Numbered from the stretch's first letter, positions 1-32,546 are shown. The stretch is 64,000 bases of DNA from the human T2T-CHM13v2.0 reference genome, Homo sapiens (GCF_009914755.1 NC_060943.1); one strand, 5' to 3'. A program made the numbers and translations. The notes: a model not told the origin generated them from the letters alone.

Positions 1-380
1 GTGTGGGGCCTCCACACCCGGCCCCCTTAACCATTGAAAGCCTTTTTTTGGTCTCCCTGTAAAAAGTGCTTAAGGGACAGGTAGAAGAAGGGGTGGATGT
101 TGCTCGGAATTGCTTAAACTAGGTCCAAAGGACAAACCAGCACCTTCATCCTAAATGTTGATGCATTCCCCTGATGCTTCCAGAAGCTGCCAAGTGTGGA
201 AGACAAAAATAGCAACTACGGATGTTCACAGAAGTATCTGAAAAGACTCTGGGGGAAAAGAGGGGTTGATGGATAGTTTTCTCCAGCCCATTTCTGTCAC
301 CTAAGACAGGGGAGTATCCTCTGAAGGCTCAATCTATTCTGTATTCAAAAATCCCATCAGACATCAAATAAGCCTCCTAA

Positions 381-730
<350 letters not shown>

Positions 731-755
731 CTAGATGCGTCAACAGCAGTGGCCC

Positions 756-1535
756 TGATTCACAATGGCAGAAATGTGAAAGCGACCAAGTGCCCGTAGA
801 TGGATGAATACACAGGCAAAATGTGCTCCCTCCATACAATGGAACATGATTCAGCCTTAAAAAGGAAAGAATTTCCGACACAGGCTACCACGTGGATGAA
901 CCTTGAGGACAACATGCTCAGTGAAATAAGCCAGGCACAAAAGGATAAATCCCGTCTGATTCCACTCACAGGAGGTCCCTACAGTCATCACATTCATAGA
1001 GACAGAAAATAGGATGGTAGGTGCCAGGGGGCTGGGAGAGGGAGATGGTGGAGTGAGTGTTTCATGGGGACAGAGTTTCAGTTTGGGAGGATGAGAAAGT
1101 TTGGGAGATGGTGGTGGTGATGGTTGCAAAACCACGTGAACGTGCTTAATGCCACTGAAAACTGTGGACTTAAAATGGTTAAGATGGGGCCAGGCGCGGT
1201 GGCACTCACCTGTAATCCCAGCACTTTGCGAGGCTGAGGTGGGTGTATTGCTCGAGGCCAGGGGTTTGAGACCATCCTGGCCAACATGGCAAAGCCCCCT
1301 CTGTCCTGAAAATACAAAACTTAGCCGGGCATGGTGGCTGGTGCCTATAAGTCCCAGTCACTCGGAAGGCTGAGGCAGGAGAATCATTTGAATCCAGGAG
1401 GCGGAGGTTGCAGTGAGCTGAGATCACACCACTGCCCCCCAGCCTAGGTGGCAGAGCAAGACTCCATCTCAAAAAAAAAAAAAGTTAAGATGAAAAATTT
1501 ATTCTATGTGTATTTTATCACAATACAAGAAATTG
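756..1535 (+). mobile_element. L1 (L1MB-like) 3' end interrupted by an Alu at ~1187-1483
   Basis: Typical L1M 3' motifs (ATGGATGAACCTTGAGGAC..ATGCTCAGTGAAATAAGCCAG, AAAATGGTTAAGATG); TSD gttaagatg around the Alu. Confidence 0.85.
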
Positions 1536-1934
1536 AAGAGGGGAAAGAAAGCTGAAGCTGAGTTGCTCTCAAAGACAGGGGCAACAGTTCAAAAAACAAT
1601 CATTTTTTGGCCCCCTGGGGATACTGCTACTAATGGATGGCTGAGATATATACCACATGCCAGGAACCCGGTACCCCGGGAAGTGTTAGTCGCACCTTCT
1701 CCGGGTAACAAAACCCCCAGTACTGGAAAAACAAGCCCGGTTCTTTTTATTGTTTTGTTTTGTGTTCATTTTTGTTTTTGTTTTCTTTTGTTTTTGAGAT
1801 AGAGTCTCAGTTTGTCACCCAGGCTGGAGCTCAGTGGCATGAACAGGGCTCAGTGCAGCTTCGACCTCCTGGACACAAAAGCCTGGTTCTTAATAGCAAA
1901 GCAATTTTTAATTCACTCAAAACATCAGGCACAG

Positions 1935-2664
<730 letters not shown>

Positions 2665-3398
2665 TTATATCTCAAGATAGGTAGGCCTAGAGCTTTTCAA
2701 ACAAGCACTACATTTGGAAAACTCAGTAATAGAATAAAAGAATGTTCACTGTTTCCCCTGGTGTCCCAGCTAGAAGCAGCTCACTTGTTTCTAAACAGAG
2801 AGGACATCCTTCCCACTCCTCCAAAAAATCATAGCTTTTATTCTGGTGTATGTCTTGCATAAATTTGGCACAAACCCCAGTTCTGTCTTTTATTAGCTGT
2901 GTGGCTCTGGGCAAGTTAAGTAACCTCTCTGGTCATAGTTTAGCTTCTCCTTGCCCCTGACCTACAATATTCTCAGGATTTTTCCACAGTGCAATAATAA
3001 CGGTCCCCTCTCCCACCACCCTTCACTAACCCATCTTCCTTTTTCAACTATCCCACTCCCGATTTCCAACCATCCAACATGTCCCATGGAAGGACTCATG
3101 CTGGGGGCTCCAAGGGAGTCCTCACAGACAATTCCAAGGATTCTATTTAGGTCTATTTAAGGACTCACTCACTCTGGGTGGCTTCCCCAGAGCGTTGGGC
3201 TCAGATAAGAAGATCCTCCTTTCTCCCCTCCCTTCTATCTTTTGTGATACAACCCTCAAGCCACCCACTTAACTTCTTCCCACCTCCATCGCATGTTCCC
3301 TAGTTCTTCCCAGGGAAATGTGAAAAGAAGTCCATGAAACAACAAACAAGTAATGTGTGAATGTGGAATTGCCTCCTTGAGCATGAAAACATGATAAA

Positions 3399-3441
3399 AC
3401 TACCATGATCAGAACAGTCACTACCATGATCAGAACAGTCA
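3399..3441 (+). repeat. Perfect 21-bp tandem duplication (actaccatgatcagaacagtc)x2
   Basis: Seen directly. Confidence 0.95.
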
Positions 3442-3643
3442 CCGCTCTGTGGCATGGAGAGGCAGATCTATGGACACACCAGAAACAGACCCCAAAGCAA
3501 TGGCAAAGAGGTAGATTTCTATAATCAACAGCTGTCTGAGGCCCCCAGTTAGCTATTTGGGAGAGAAACGAAACGCCCGTTGAGTCACACACACAAACAG
3601 ATCTCAAGTAGTGAGGATGAATTTTTTTAGATAATAATAATTA

Positions 3644-3943
<300 letters not shown>

Positions 3944-4567
3944 TTAAAATATAAAATGTAGAGAAAAAAAACCTTTCATGGGTAGAAGAAGACTTTCTAA
4001 GTGTAAAGTACAGAAGTGGCACACTGAAATCCAGCTCTGAACTCCATAAACATTTTAAGCTTCTCCAGCAAAACACTTCCCAGAGCATTTAAACCACTGA
4101 ACAACAAAAACAACAAAATGCAATTGGCAAAGGGTTAGTAGCCTTCACTGATGAAAACCACATACAGATTAATTTTGCAAAAGCTACTGAGGTACTAAAA
4201 GACAAATGGGCAAAGGATATGAACAGGAAGAGAAAACTCAAATGATAAATAAACATGTTTTAAAAGGTTCAACCCCGATAGCAATCAAAGAAATGCAAAT
4301 AGAAACAATGACAACACGTCAGCTCCTCCCTCCCGCAGTAAATTATGAAAGATTTTTCAAATAACACTCAAAGCTGGCCAAGGTGTTCCCTCTCCTCCAA
4401 AGCTAGGAGGAGTGGCCGTTGGCACAACATTTCCGGAACACCATTTGTCAATCTGCACCAAGAGCCTCTGACCCAGAAATTGCACTTCTGGAAAGCAAGC
4501 CTAAAGAAACAACTGCTAGATAAAGCTTTGACTCTAAAATGTTCATCACTCTCTTTGTGAAAACTAG

Positions 4568-4876
<309 letters not shown>

Positions 4877-5178
4877 TGGAAATCATCTTAATGCCCAATA
4901 ACAGGAATGGTTAAGGAAACCTTCAGTAGACACGACAGATTCCTGAAGATCACTAGAAGGAACAACCCCCAATAAACTACTCTCGGCGACATGCGTTGTG
5001 GAATAAGATGAATGTTTTGCTTTTTTTTCGTTTACAAGTGTCTTTTTCCAAATGTCTATTATAAGCAATATCACTTCTATAATCAGATAAGAACTAAACT
5101 ATTTTTTTAAAAAAACCGAATCTACAGTTTTCCACTCCTTTTCCTCTCCCAAGCAAGAAGAACATTCACTGACTAGCA

Positions 5179-5401
5179 CAGGCGGTGGCAAACTGCTGCC
5201 CTCGAGCAAAATCCGGCCCACGACTTGTTTTTGTAAATAAAGTTTTATTGAAACACAGCCACAGTCATACATTTATGCATGCCTGTGGCTGCTTGTCCAA
5301 TACAGTGGCAGAATTGAGTCGTTGCATCAGAGACCATATGGCCTGCAAAATCTGAAGTATCTACTATCTGAGTCTTTACAGAAAATGTCTGCCACTCCCT
5401 G
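5179..5401. mobile_element. MER58A-like hAT MITE in intron 2
   Basis: cagg..ggcaaact..aaatccggccc..gtttttgtaaataaagttttattg..cacagcca..tttacagaaaa..gcc..ccctg resembles MER58A. Confidence 0.8.
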
Positions 5402-5536
5402 GGCTAGTGAATGCCACCACCCACTATTCCCCGGCCCCTACCTAATGACCATTTAACATTTTTAAGCCATAAAACATTTTAAGCTTTCTAGAACAAGGCA
5501 CGAGACACTGCTTAGAACCCTGTATCCCCGGCGTAC

Positions 5537-6088
5537 CTTTCTGGCAGTGACTATGAGTCCAACATCGTTCGACAAACTGCCCGTTGATGACGGTGGCGGG
5601 GCAGTTGGTCTTGCCCTTCGCGGTACCCGGACAGATGTCTCCACACTCCTCGTTGTCATCTTTGTTCAACACGATGTAATTATCCTCCACGGAATCCAGG
5701 ATACGGGACCAGTCGATAGTGGCCAAGTAACAGAGCTCATTGTTCTTCTCGATGCGGACAGAACCCCGGGTGATGTTCATCAGGTTGTAGAGGCCGAGTT
5801 CCTTGAGGTGAACCATCTCGAAGATGACCAGCGCGTAGTTAAAGAACAGTCGTGATCCCCGGATGACCGTGAGGTTGGGGAACAGGTCCTTCAGGCTCTC
5901 GAGCCCATAGACCCGGAAGAGCAGCAAGTAATCAGTGATCATGATGAGTTTGGGGAAACTGAGGTCTCGGAAATCTTCGGGCCTCGTTTTGAACATCAAG
6001 AGTATCTGCAAGTGTCCTTCGATGACAGAGCAATTCTCCAGCTCATGCAACCTAGTGAGGTTGTTCCGGATATCCATGCCGGGACACA
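5537..6088 (-). CDS. INSR: Insulin receptor exon 2 (L1 domain + start of Cys-rich domain, [14 protein letters not shown]...CWTHSHCQK)
   Basis: ORF 5442..6314 contains the INSR L1 sequence. Acceptor tttctcttgtAG|TGTGTCCC (AG at 6090-6089), donor AAAG|GTACGC (GT at 5536-5535). 552 bp, phase 1-1, joins exon 1 as G|TG (Val). Confidence 0.99.
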
Positions 6089-7213
6089 CTACAAGAGAAA
6101 ATGAACAGAAAGCAAGACAGGTGAGCAGACGCACGGTGGATGCATCAGAAGGATCAGGGGCAGAGCCGGCTTCATGGACAGGAAACCTGGGCCCTGTGTT
6201 TTCATCCCGGGCCCTGTAAACTCTGCAGCCAGCCGGGATGAGTAGCTTTCTCTGTAAAGTACCCATGCCTAAGTAATTACTTTCAAAACGCCAAGAAAAT
6301 AATTCTTTTGGCAAGCCCTGTTAAAATCCTTAAAATCACCACCTCTGAAATGATGCAGTCGGGACAATGGGATTACAGGGGATTGAGTAACGCGGCAGGT
6401 GCAGAAGGAGAAAGGGGAACTGTCTCCAGTGCGTCAACATAGAAGATCTTCAGGAGATAATTTACGGGGATAAAGGTGCCCGCGGTCAGAAATGGGGCAA
6501 GGAAAGCTAAATGTATTTGTTTTGTCAATCCTCCCACCTCGCTGGCTGACTTTCCTTCCCGGACTGCTCTCCTGACCTGCAATCAAGACCTAATTACCTT
6601 TTACCTGGGTGTGGTGAGGGCTTCCCAGGGAGCCCGATCTCCATTGCCCAAATGCCCTGAGTTCTCATTCTCCTGAAGGCGGTCCCTCCCAGGCCCCAAC
6701 GCCCACCATGGCTCCCCATCATCCTGCACTTCCCTCAAGATTCTGCCCCTACATCCCCTGCACACCACTAAACAGGCCTGCCCACAACTCTTGCACAACT
6801 CCAAGACTCCTATCCTCCTCTGTAACATGGCTTATATGGAAGAAGAAGTGAAACAACTCAGGGCAAGCACTCAAACAGTGCCTGAGACATAGTAAGTGCT
6901 GCACTAATGTCAGCTATTTTGTTGTTTGTTGTTGTTGTTCTTCTTGCTGTTGTTTATTCCCCCAAACATATAACAGTCATCTCTAGGCTAGTCTATCTTT
7001 TGGCTGGCGAAGTGCTTTGTACCTTAGCTCCCTATTTCTAAATCCAGCCCATCATGCTTCAAGATATCCAGTTCAAATGCTGCCTCCTCCTCCAGGCAGC
7101 CGTCCCTGATTTCCTTTCCTTGGCACACCTATTTGCGTGTTTCTCCTCCTTGTGTCCCTTACACCTGAGTTAACGTTTTTCAAAATTGAAGTCTTTAGAT
7201 GGCTTCTCTCTGC

Positions 7214-7276
7214 CAACACACCCACACACCCACACACACACACACACACACACCGCCTCCCCAACACACACACCAC
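7214..7276 (+). repeat. Imperfect (CA)n microsatellite
   Basis: Seen directly. Confidence 0.9.
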
Positions 7277-7563
7277 AGTCCTCAGCACCTAGAATATAAG
7301 GCTCAGTATACAACCCCTGCTTATTTTGTTCCAAAACACTAAACCTTCCACCAATATCTTTGAGGAAAACAGATTGTTCTAAAGAAGAATAGTAAATCCT
7401 CTAAAAAAAAAAAAAATCCACCCTGAGAATTACCCACAAAAGAAGCACAAATTAGAAAAAACAATAACAACGACAAAACACAGCAAAAGCAAACAAATGG
7501 GAAAAAAAAAGTAGCAGTGATCCTGGATCACATTCCATGCAGCAAATGGATTAGGCTAAGTCG

Positions 7564-7568
<5 letters not shown>

Positions 7569-7616
<48 letters not shown>
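7569..7616 (+). repeat. (AC)24 microsatellite
   Basis: Seen directly. Confidence 0.97.
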
Positions 7617-7620
<4 letters not shown>

Positions 7621-7987
7621 TTGCTAGGAAGTTGGAGGAAAGCCCCAGTACACAACTATGGATTAATCTCCACCCTCCCCTCAACACTGGCTGCCTGGGG
7701 TCTGAACCAAGCAGGAACCCTGCAGGGACCAAGCTCAGGCTGGGAGGCAGCTTCAAGAGGACAAGGATGCCAGTCCCAGCCCCCCCACCCCTCCTAGTCA
7801 GGGACCCAACCCCAGTCTGAGGCTCCCAGTCAGTCACATCAACAGCTTCCACATCCAGAGATGTCAAAGAACCCCGCGTGCCATTGGTGCCTCCCAGCAA
7901 GTTCTGTCCCCATCCCATAGATGAGAAAACTGAAGCTCCAAGAGGCAAAGACCATCACTCAAGGACACACAACTCACCAGTGACTGG

Positions 7988-8470
7988 CAGGGTTGCCAGA
8001 CTTAGCAAAGAAAAATGCAGAATGCCTAGTTGAATTTGAATTTCAGATAAGCAATAATACCTTTTTGAGGATAAGTATATCCCATGTAATGTTTGGGACA
8101 TAACTTACCCTAAAAAAAATTACTCATTGTTTCTATGAAATTCTTGTGGGGTTTTTGTTGTTGTTGTTTTGATGTGGAGTCTCGTTCTGTTGCCCAGGCT
8201 GAAGTGCAGTGCCGTGATCTTGGCTCACTGCAACCTCCACCTCCTGGGTTCAAGTGATTTTCCTGCTTCAGCCTCCCAAGAAGTGTCCAACACCACGCCC
8301 AGCTAATTTTTGTATTTTTAGTAGAGACGGGATTTCACCATGTTGACCAGGATGATCCTGATCTCCTGACCTCGTGATCCACCCGCCTCAGCCTCCCAAA
8401 TTGCTGGGATTACGGGCATAAACCACCATGCCTGGCTGGCATCCTAATCTTAGATTTGGCCATAGCCCTG
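7988..8470. mobile_element. MER53 palindromic MITE interrupted by a minus-strand Alu (~8150-8435)
   Basis: CAGGGTTGCCAGACTTAGCAAA..TTGAATTTCAGATAA..TCCCATGTAATGTTTGGGACATA matches MER53; a degenerate right end follows the Alu. Confidence 0.8.
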
Positions 8471-8506
8471 GGCTTCTCAACCCTGAGTCCCACACTATAT
8501 TTCATT

Positions 8507-8570
<64 letters not shown>
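8507..8570 (+). repeat. Compound (TC)12(AC)20 microsatellite
   Basis: Seen directly. Confidence 0.97.
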
Positions 8571-8574
<4 letters not shown>

Positions 8575-8658
8575 GGTAGAAAGAACACTTGGCCGCCATC
8601 CTCCCCAGGCTATGGCAGAACCAAAATCAGACATGAATATGCATTCAAAGGTTAACTA

Positions 8659-11360
<2,702 letters not shown>

Positions 11361-11694
11361 TGAGTAAAGATTAAACAGCTATAATTGTAGGGAACAATCA
11401 AGAATTGCTTTTCTTTTTAAATATCCTATGAATCTAACTCTTAATTCATTAAAGCCGTATGTGTCCCTATTAGTGAAAGACAATAGAGCAGTTTACCACT
11501 GGGACAGAAAATACCCAGAGGATGTTAGAAATGAAGGCAGAAATAGACACGAGGACTTCTGCTGGCTTTTAACATCTCTGAGTGGGCGTGAAGGATGCTT
11601 CAAGTTCTTCATAATGGGTACCTGGTTAATGGCCACTCTTTGTACAGGTAGAAAAAGGCAATGAGGAAGAGGGTGCTAAGTGACAGCTAATATT

Positions 11695-12599
<905 letters not shown>

Positions 12600-12708
12600 G
12601 TCTGCAGGATTTTTTTCCCATGACGCCTACGAGATGTGGTGTGTGCTTTACCCTGGCAGCCCATCTCGAAACGGAGGCTCATTTTTCTTTAAAAATAATT
12701 GATTTGTC

Positions 12709-13012
12709 GCCCAGGCGTGGTGGCTCACGCCTGTAATCCCAGCACTTTGGGAGGCCGAGTCGGGTGGATCACGAGGTCAGGAGATCAAGACCATCCTGGC
12801 TAACCATGTGAAACCCCGTCTCTACTAAAAATACAAAAAAAAAATAGCTGGGCATGGTGGCAGGTGCCTGTAGTCCCAGCTACACTCGGGAGGCTGAGGC
12901 AGGAGAATGGCGTGAACCCAGGAGGCGGAGCTTGCAGTGAGCCAAGATCAGGCCACTGCACTCCAGCCTGGGCAACAGAGTGAGACTGTGTCTCAAAAAA
13001 AAAAAAAAAAAA
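12709..13012 (+). mobile_element. AluY-type element
   Basis: GACCATCCTGGCTAAC, GAATGGCGTGAACC, GGAGCTTGCAG diagnostics; TSD aattgatttgtc. Confidence 0.9.
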
Positions 13013-13062
13013 TTGATTTGTCTATGTAGATTTTATAAAGAGTATCATCGAAAATGTAGGTT

Positions 13063-13591
<529 letters not shown>

Positions 13592-13654
13592 TAACAGAAC
13601 TGAGTACTAATTTTTTTTACATTTCCATGAATTAAATAAAAGTTTACATTGACA

Positions 13655-14167
<513 letters not shown>

Positions 14168-14318
14168 TTAGGAAGTGTTCCTTTCTTCCCTGATTTTCTC
14201 TCCATCATGAAAACAGCAGGGGAGATGGGTTGGGAGCAGGGCAGAGAAAGAACTTTCTAGAAGATTCTGAAATCCTTTACAATGCTAAGAGTTTTCTACT
14301 TCCTGTTTTCAATCATAA

Positions 14319-15220
<902 letters not shown>

Positions 15221-15683
15221 TCAGTTTCCTTTAAATGATGACAACAGCATAATGAAACCTACAAAGAAGAGATGAGAACTGGGGTCTCTGGCTGTGTATA
15301 CCTGTTCTGTCTCCCATCTGAGCCAGATGGAATCCATTCCCAGATTTATTACCTCCAGAAATTAGAGCTTGGACACACTGGGGTGTCAGAGATCCTTAAG
15401 ATTCTCCACCTGCCTGCAAGAATAGCTTTCAAATCTACCTCTGCGAGAAGGAATGGAGGCGTCTGGATCAAATGCAGGTTCTGGACCCGGCAAGTCAGCT
15501 ACATGGAAATCATTCCTGTATTCACTCAGCAAACGTTTGCTGGGCATCTCGGTGGGCCAGACATTGTGCCAGGCCCAGGGGGACTCTCAAGACAAATAAG
15601 GTTGCACTCTTACAGCAAGTAAAGGAAAGACGCACCTAAATAACTGTGATAAGCTACCACCAGAGCTAAAGGACAAAGTACTA

Positions 15684-19112
<3,429 letters not shown>

Positions 19113-19566
19113 GAGGGGCTCCAGGGGGCACAGTATGAAAGGCCAGGGACTAGGAAGGGCACCTGTGTCCCACAGCCACCCGGACACCAACACCTTCTGT
19201 GAACTCTGGAATGTCTGACTCCTCTAGTCTATGACATAGTTTTGTAATCCTAACAATATCAAACATCAAACCACAGGATTAGAAGGGGGCTTCCGTGCTA
19301 TTTCAGGAGTCCTGAAATTTATACAGACAAGAGCAGACAGGACACAGAAGACAGGAGGAAAAACAAGAGAAGTCCTGCCAGACCAGAAAGTCACTTTGTA
19401 ACAGGTGGTATGGAGACCGTGTAACTGGGTATAATTAGGAGGGAACATATGAGGTCCTCCCTTTTCTGATCTTCTGCAAGGAAACAACAAGATACATCCT
19501 TGAGAGTAGAATGACAACAACAAACAAACACACACACACACACACAGACACATACACAGGCAGTCA

Positions 19567-21920
<2,354 letters not shown>

Positions 21921-21943
21921 ATTCACCAGTTTTAAACCACTTG

Positions 21944-23895
<1,952 letters not shown>

Positions 23896-24161
23896 GACTC
23901 AAATTTAAAATTTCAACTTTAGGAATATTAATCCAATTATAAGATAAAATCTTTTAAAGTCTAGAGAAAACTATAGGGATGGAGAACAGATCTGTGGTTA
24001 GGGGTGGAGGTGGTTTAGTGATAAAGGGGTGAATTGAGGGAGTTTGGACAACAACGAGACTGTTCTCTATCCTAATTGTGGCAATAGCCATACAACTCTA
24101 CACATGGCTTAAAAATCATAAAATGGTACACCTTTAAAAAGCCAATTTTACTGTATGATAA

Positions 24162-25652
<1,491 letters not shown>

Positions 25653-26018
25653 AGAAGTATTCTTAACAGAAATTAACACAAGAGAGGCCTGAGAGAAAAA
25701 AAAAAAATCTCATTATATACACCAGTTATATTTTGGGTTCTAGATACAGGGTTGAGAGCATGAAATCCTCATTCAATGCCAATATAGCTGTTTAAATAAA
25801 TACACATGGCTAAGTAGGCAACATCACGGTGATTTTTCTCATCCTTGGAATCCGTATATTCAGTGCAGCAAATGACACACGTTTCTTTAACATCTCTTGC
25901 GGTGTAAAGAGAAAGACATAGCGTTTCATTTCACTCACTTCATTCGAGTTGTACCAGGGACTGCACAAGCTATTAGGCATGCTATCATGAATGAAACCTC
26001 AAGGCGTCTGTTCCAGAT

Positions 26019-26228
26019 CAGAGGTCAGCAAACGCTGTTCTGTAAAGGGCCAAAGTGTAAATATTTTGGCCATGGAATTCCTGTTTTAACTACTCAACCT
26101 GCCGTGTCGGGGCATTTTTGCGCAGTCATAGATGATGAGTAGACAAATGAGTGTGGTTGCATGCCAATAAAACTGCATTTACAAAAACCGTGGGATTTGG
26201 CCTGAGGGCCATAGTTTGCTGACCCCTG
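26019..26228. mobile_element. MER58A-like hAT MITE
   Basis: CAGAGGTCAGCAAAC..TGTAAAGGGCC..CCAATAAAACT..ATTTACAAAAAC..TAGTTTGCTGACCCCTG with terminal inverted repeats. Confidence 0.8.
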
Positions 26229-26264
26229 TTCAGATGAAGAAGTCGGAATCTATGTAAATTTCTT

Positions 26265-27508
<1,244 letters not shown>

Positions 27509-27557
27509 TCAGTGGTAGGTAATGGGGATTGGGGGGTACTGGGTGTTTAGAGGCTGA

Positions 27558-28160
<603 letters not shown>

Positions 28161-28312
28161 TTAAACCAAAGAGGAATGGAAGTCAAGGGTAGAGTGGGGT
28201 GAGGTGGGGAGCCCTGGGGACTCAGCCCACACCCTGTGGTCTCTATGCATGAATGGGGAAGGGCAAGAAGCAGGTCTCCAGGAGAGAAGCAAAGAATAAG
28301 AATAACTGCAGA

Positions 28313-30582
<2,270 letters not shown>

Positions 30583-31566
30583 GATTTTCTTAACAAGAAC
30601 TCCAACTAACCGCCACCCTTCATTGAGCACCTACTGTCTCCCAGGCACCTGGGGGCGGGGCTGGGGGGGGGGGTGGGCCCGGGGCTTTTAGACATTATGT
30701 GATTGACAGAGTCGACTCAGCAAACCCGGTTGGTCCACTCTAGCACCTGATTTTACATGCACCCGGTTCCCCATCAATACATTTAAGAGCTTCAATTCCT
30801 TCCCTCCCTGACCCCTTCCTCATCACGACTGATTTCCTTTTATGGAGAAATCTGAAACAGTAACCCAACAGATATTTTTAAAGCAGGGCCTCAGACCCCA
30901 CAGTGGGAAACCCAGGCTATATTCCTTAAATGATTGCGCCATCTTCATCTTACAACCCCAAAGGTGCCTATTGTCAAGCCCAAGGAAGATGCTGCCCACA
31001 CGTGGGAGAGGGGCCCATGGGGTCAGGGGGAACGAAAGGCTCACTCAAGGTCAAAGGCTCCTTCATGAAGCGCAGGGCTGAGGGGAGAGGAGGGGTCAAG
31101 GAGACAGCAGACAAGGGACAGTAGTCCAGATTCTTGGGCAGAACGGGACACACAGAGGCTCAAGTCCTGGCTCTGGCACTGACTTTAGGGCAAGGGAGTT
31201 ATGCGTCCTACATGAGCCTCAGTTTACTCCTCTGTGAAATGGGTGCATAACTGTATCTGCCTCCGGGGGCCACTGTGACAGTCCAGAGAGATAAGATAGA
31301 CCAGGCTGTGGCGTGCGGTGATACCAATTACAATAAATAGGGTAAAAAACCGCCACTACTTCTGCTACAATTGCTGCTGTTGCTAAGGCTTTAGAATTTG
31401 CCTCCGGACATCTGGAAACAGAACCCAAAAGGGTAAACATGGACCTAGAGTCCGGGGTGGCCACGGGCCTAGATCCAAGGTAGTTGGGTAGAGGGGGGCT
31501 CTGCAGTCCCTGACCCCAGGCAGCGTCACCCACCGGTGAGGCACTCAGGGCGCTTGGCTCTACCTA

Positions 31567-32146
<580 letters not shown>

Positions 32147-32482
32147 GCTCCGAGGCGGCCACCCAAGAGGCGCTGGGGGCCGCGCGTCCTTCTCTTCCAC
32201 GCCCGCGACCCGCGGGCCGCAGCCCCCCTGCCGGGGAGGGCCCAGAGGCAGCCCCGGGAAGGGCGCGCGCGGCTTCGCCAGCTACAAATACTGAGCGGAG
32301 GCCCTTGCGGTGGTGGCCCCGACCCCCCGGCCGCTGCGGCCCGGGCCCCGTCCCAGGATCTCGGGGCCCGGAGCTCCGCGCTGCGCCCGGGACTGTCTCT
32401 CGGCTCTCGGCCCCGCGCGCTCTGGGTCGCGATCTGCGGGCTCCGGGACAGAGGGACGCGCGGACCGACGGACTAGCTGACT

Positions 32483-32527
32483 GGCGGGCGGGCACCTGGG
32501 CTGGCGGGTGGCGGGCGGGCGGCGGGA
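32483..32527 (+). promoter_or_regulatory. Proximal GC-box cluster
   Basis: ggcgggcgggcacctgggctggcgggtggcgggcgggcggcggg. Confidence 0.7.
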
Positions 32528-32546
32528 GAGAGGGCTGCTCGGGCCC

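Noticed and set aside
5547-6219. Plus-strand ORFs antisense to exon 2
   Set aside because: Shadow ORFs of the INSR coding sequence.
6089-6314. In-frame open extension upstream of exon 2 with an intronic ATG at 6266
   Set aside because: It runs through the polypyrimidine tract, has no homology or signal peptide, and an open stretch of this length can occur by chance. No evidence for an intronic TSS from sequence alone.
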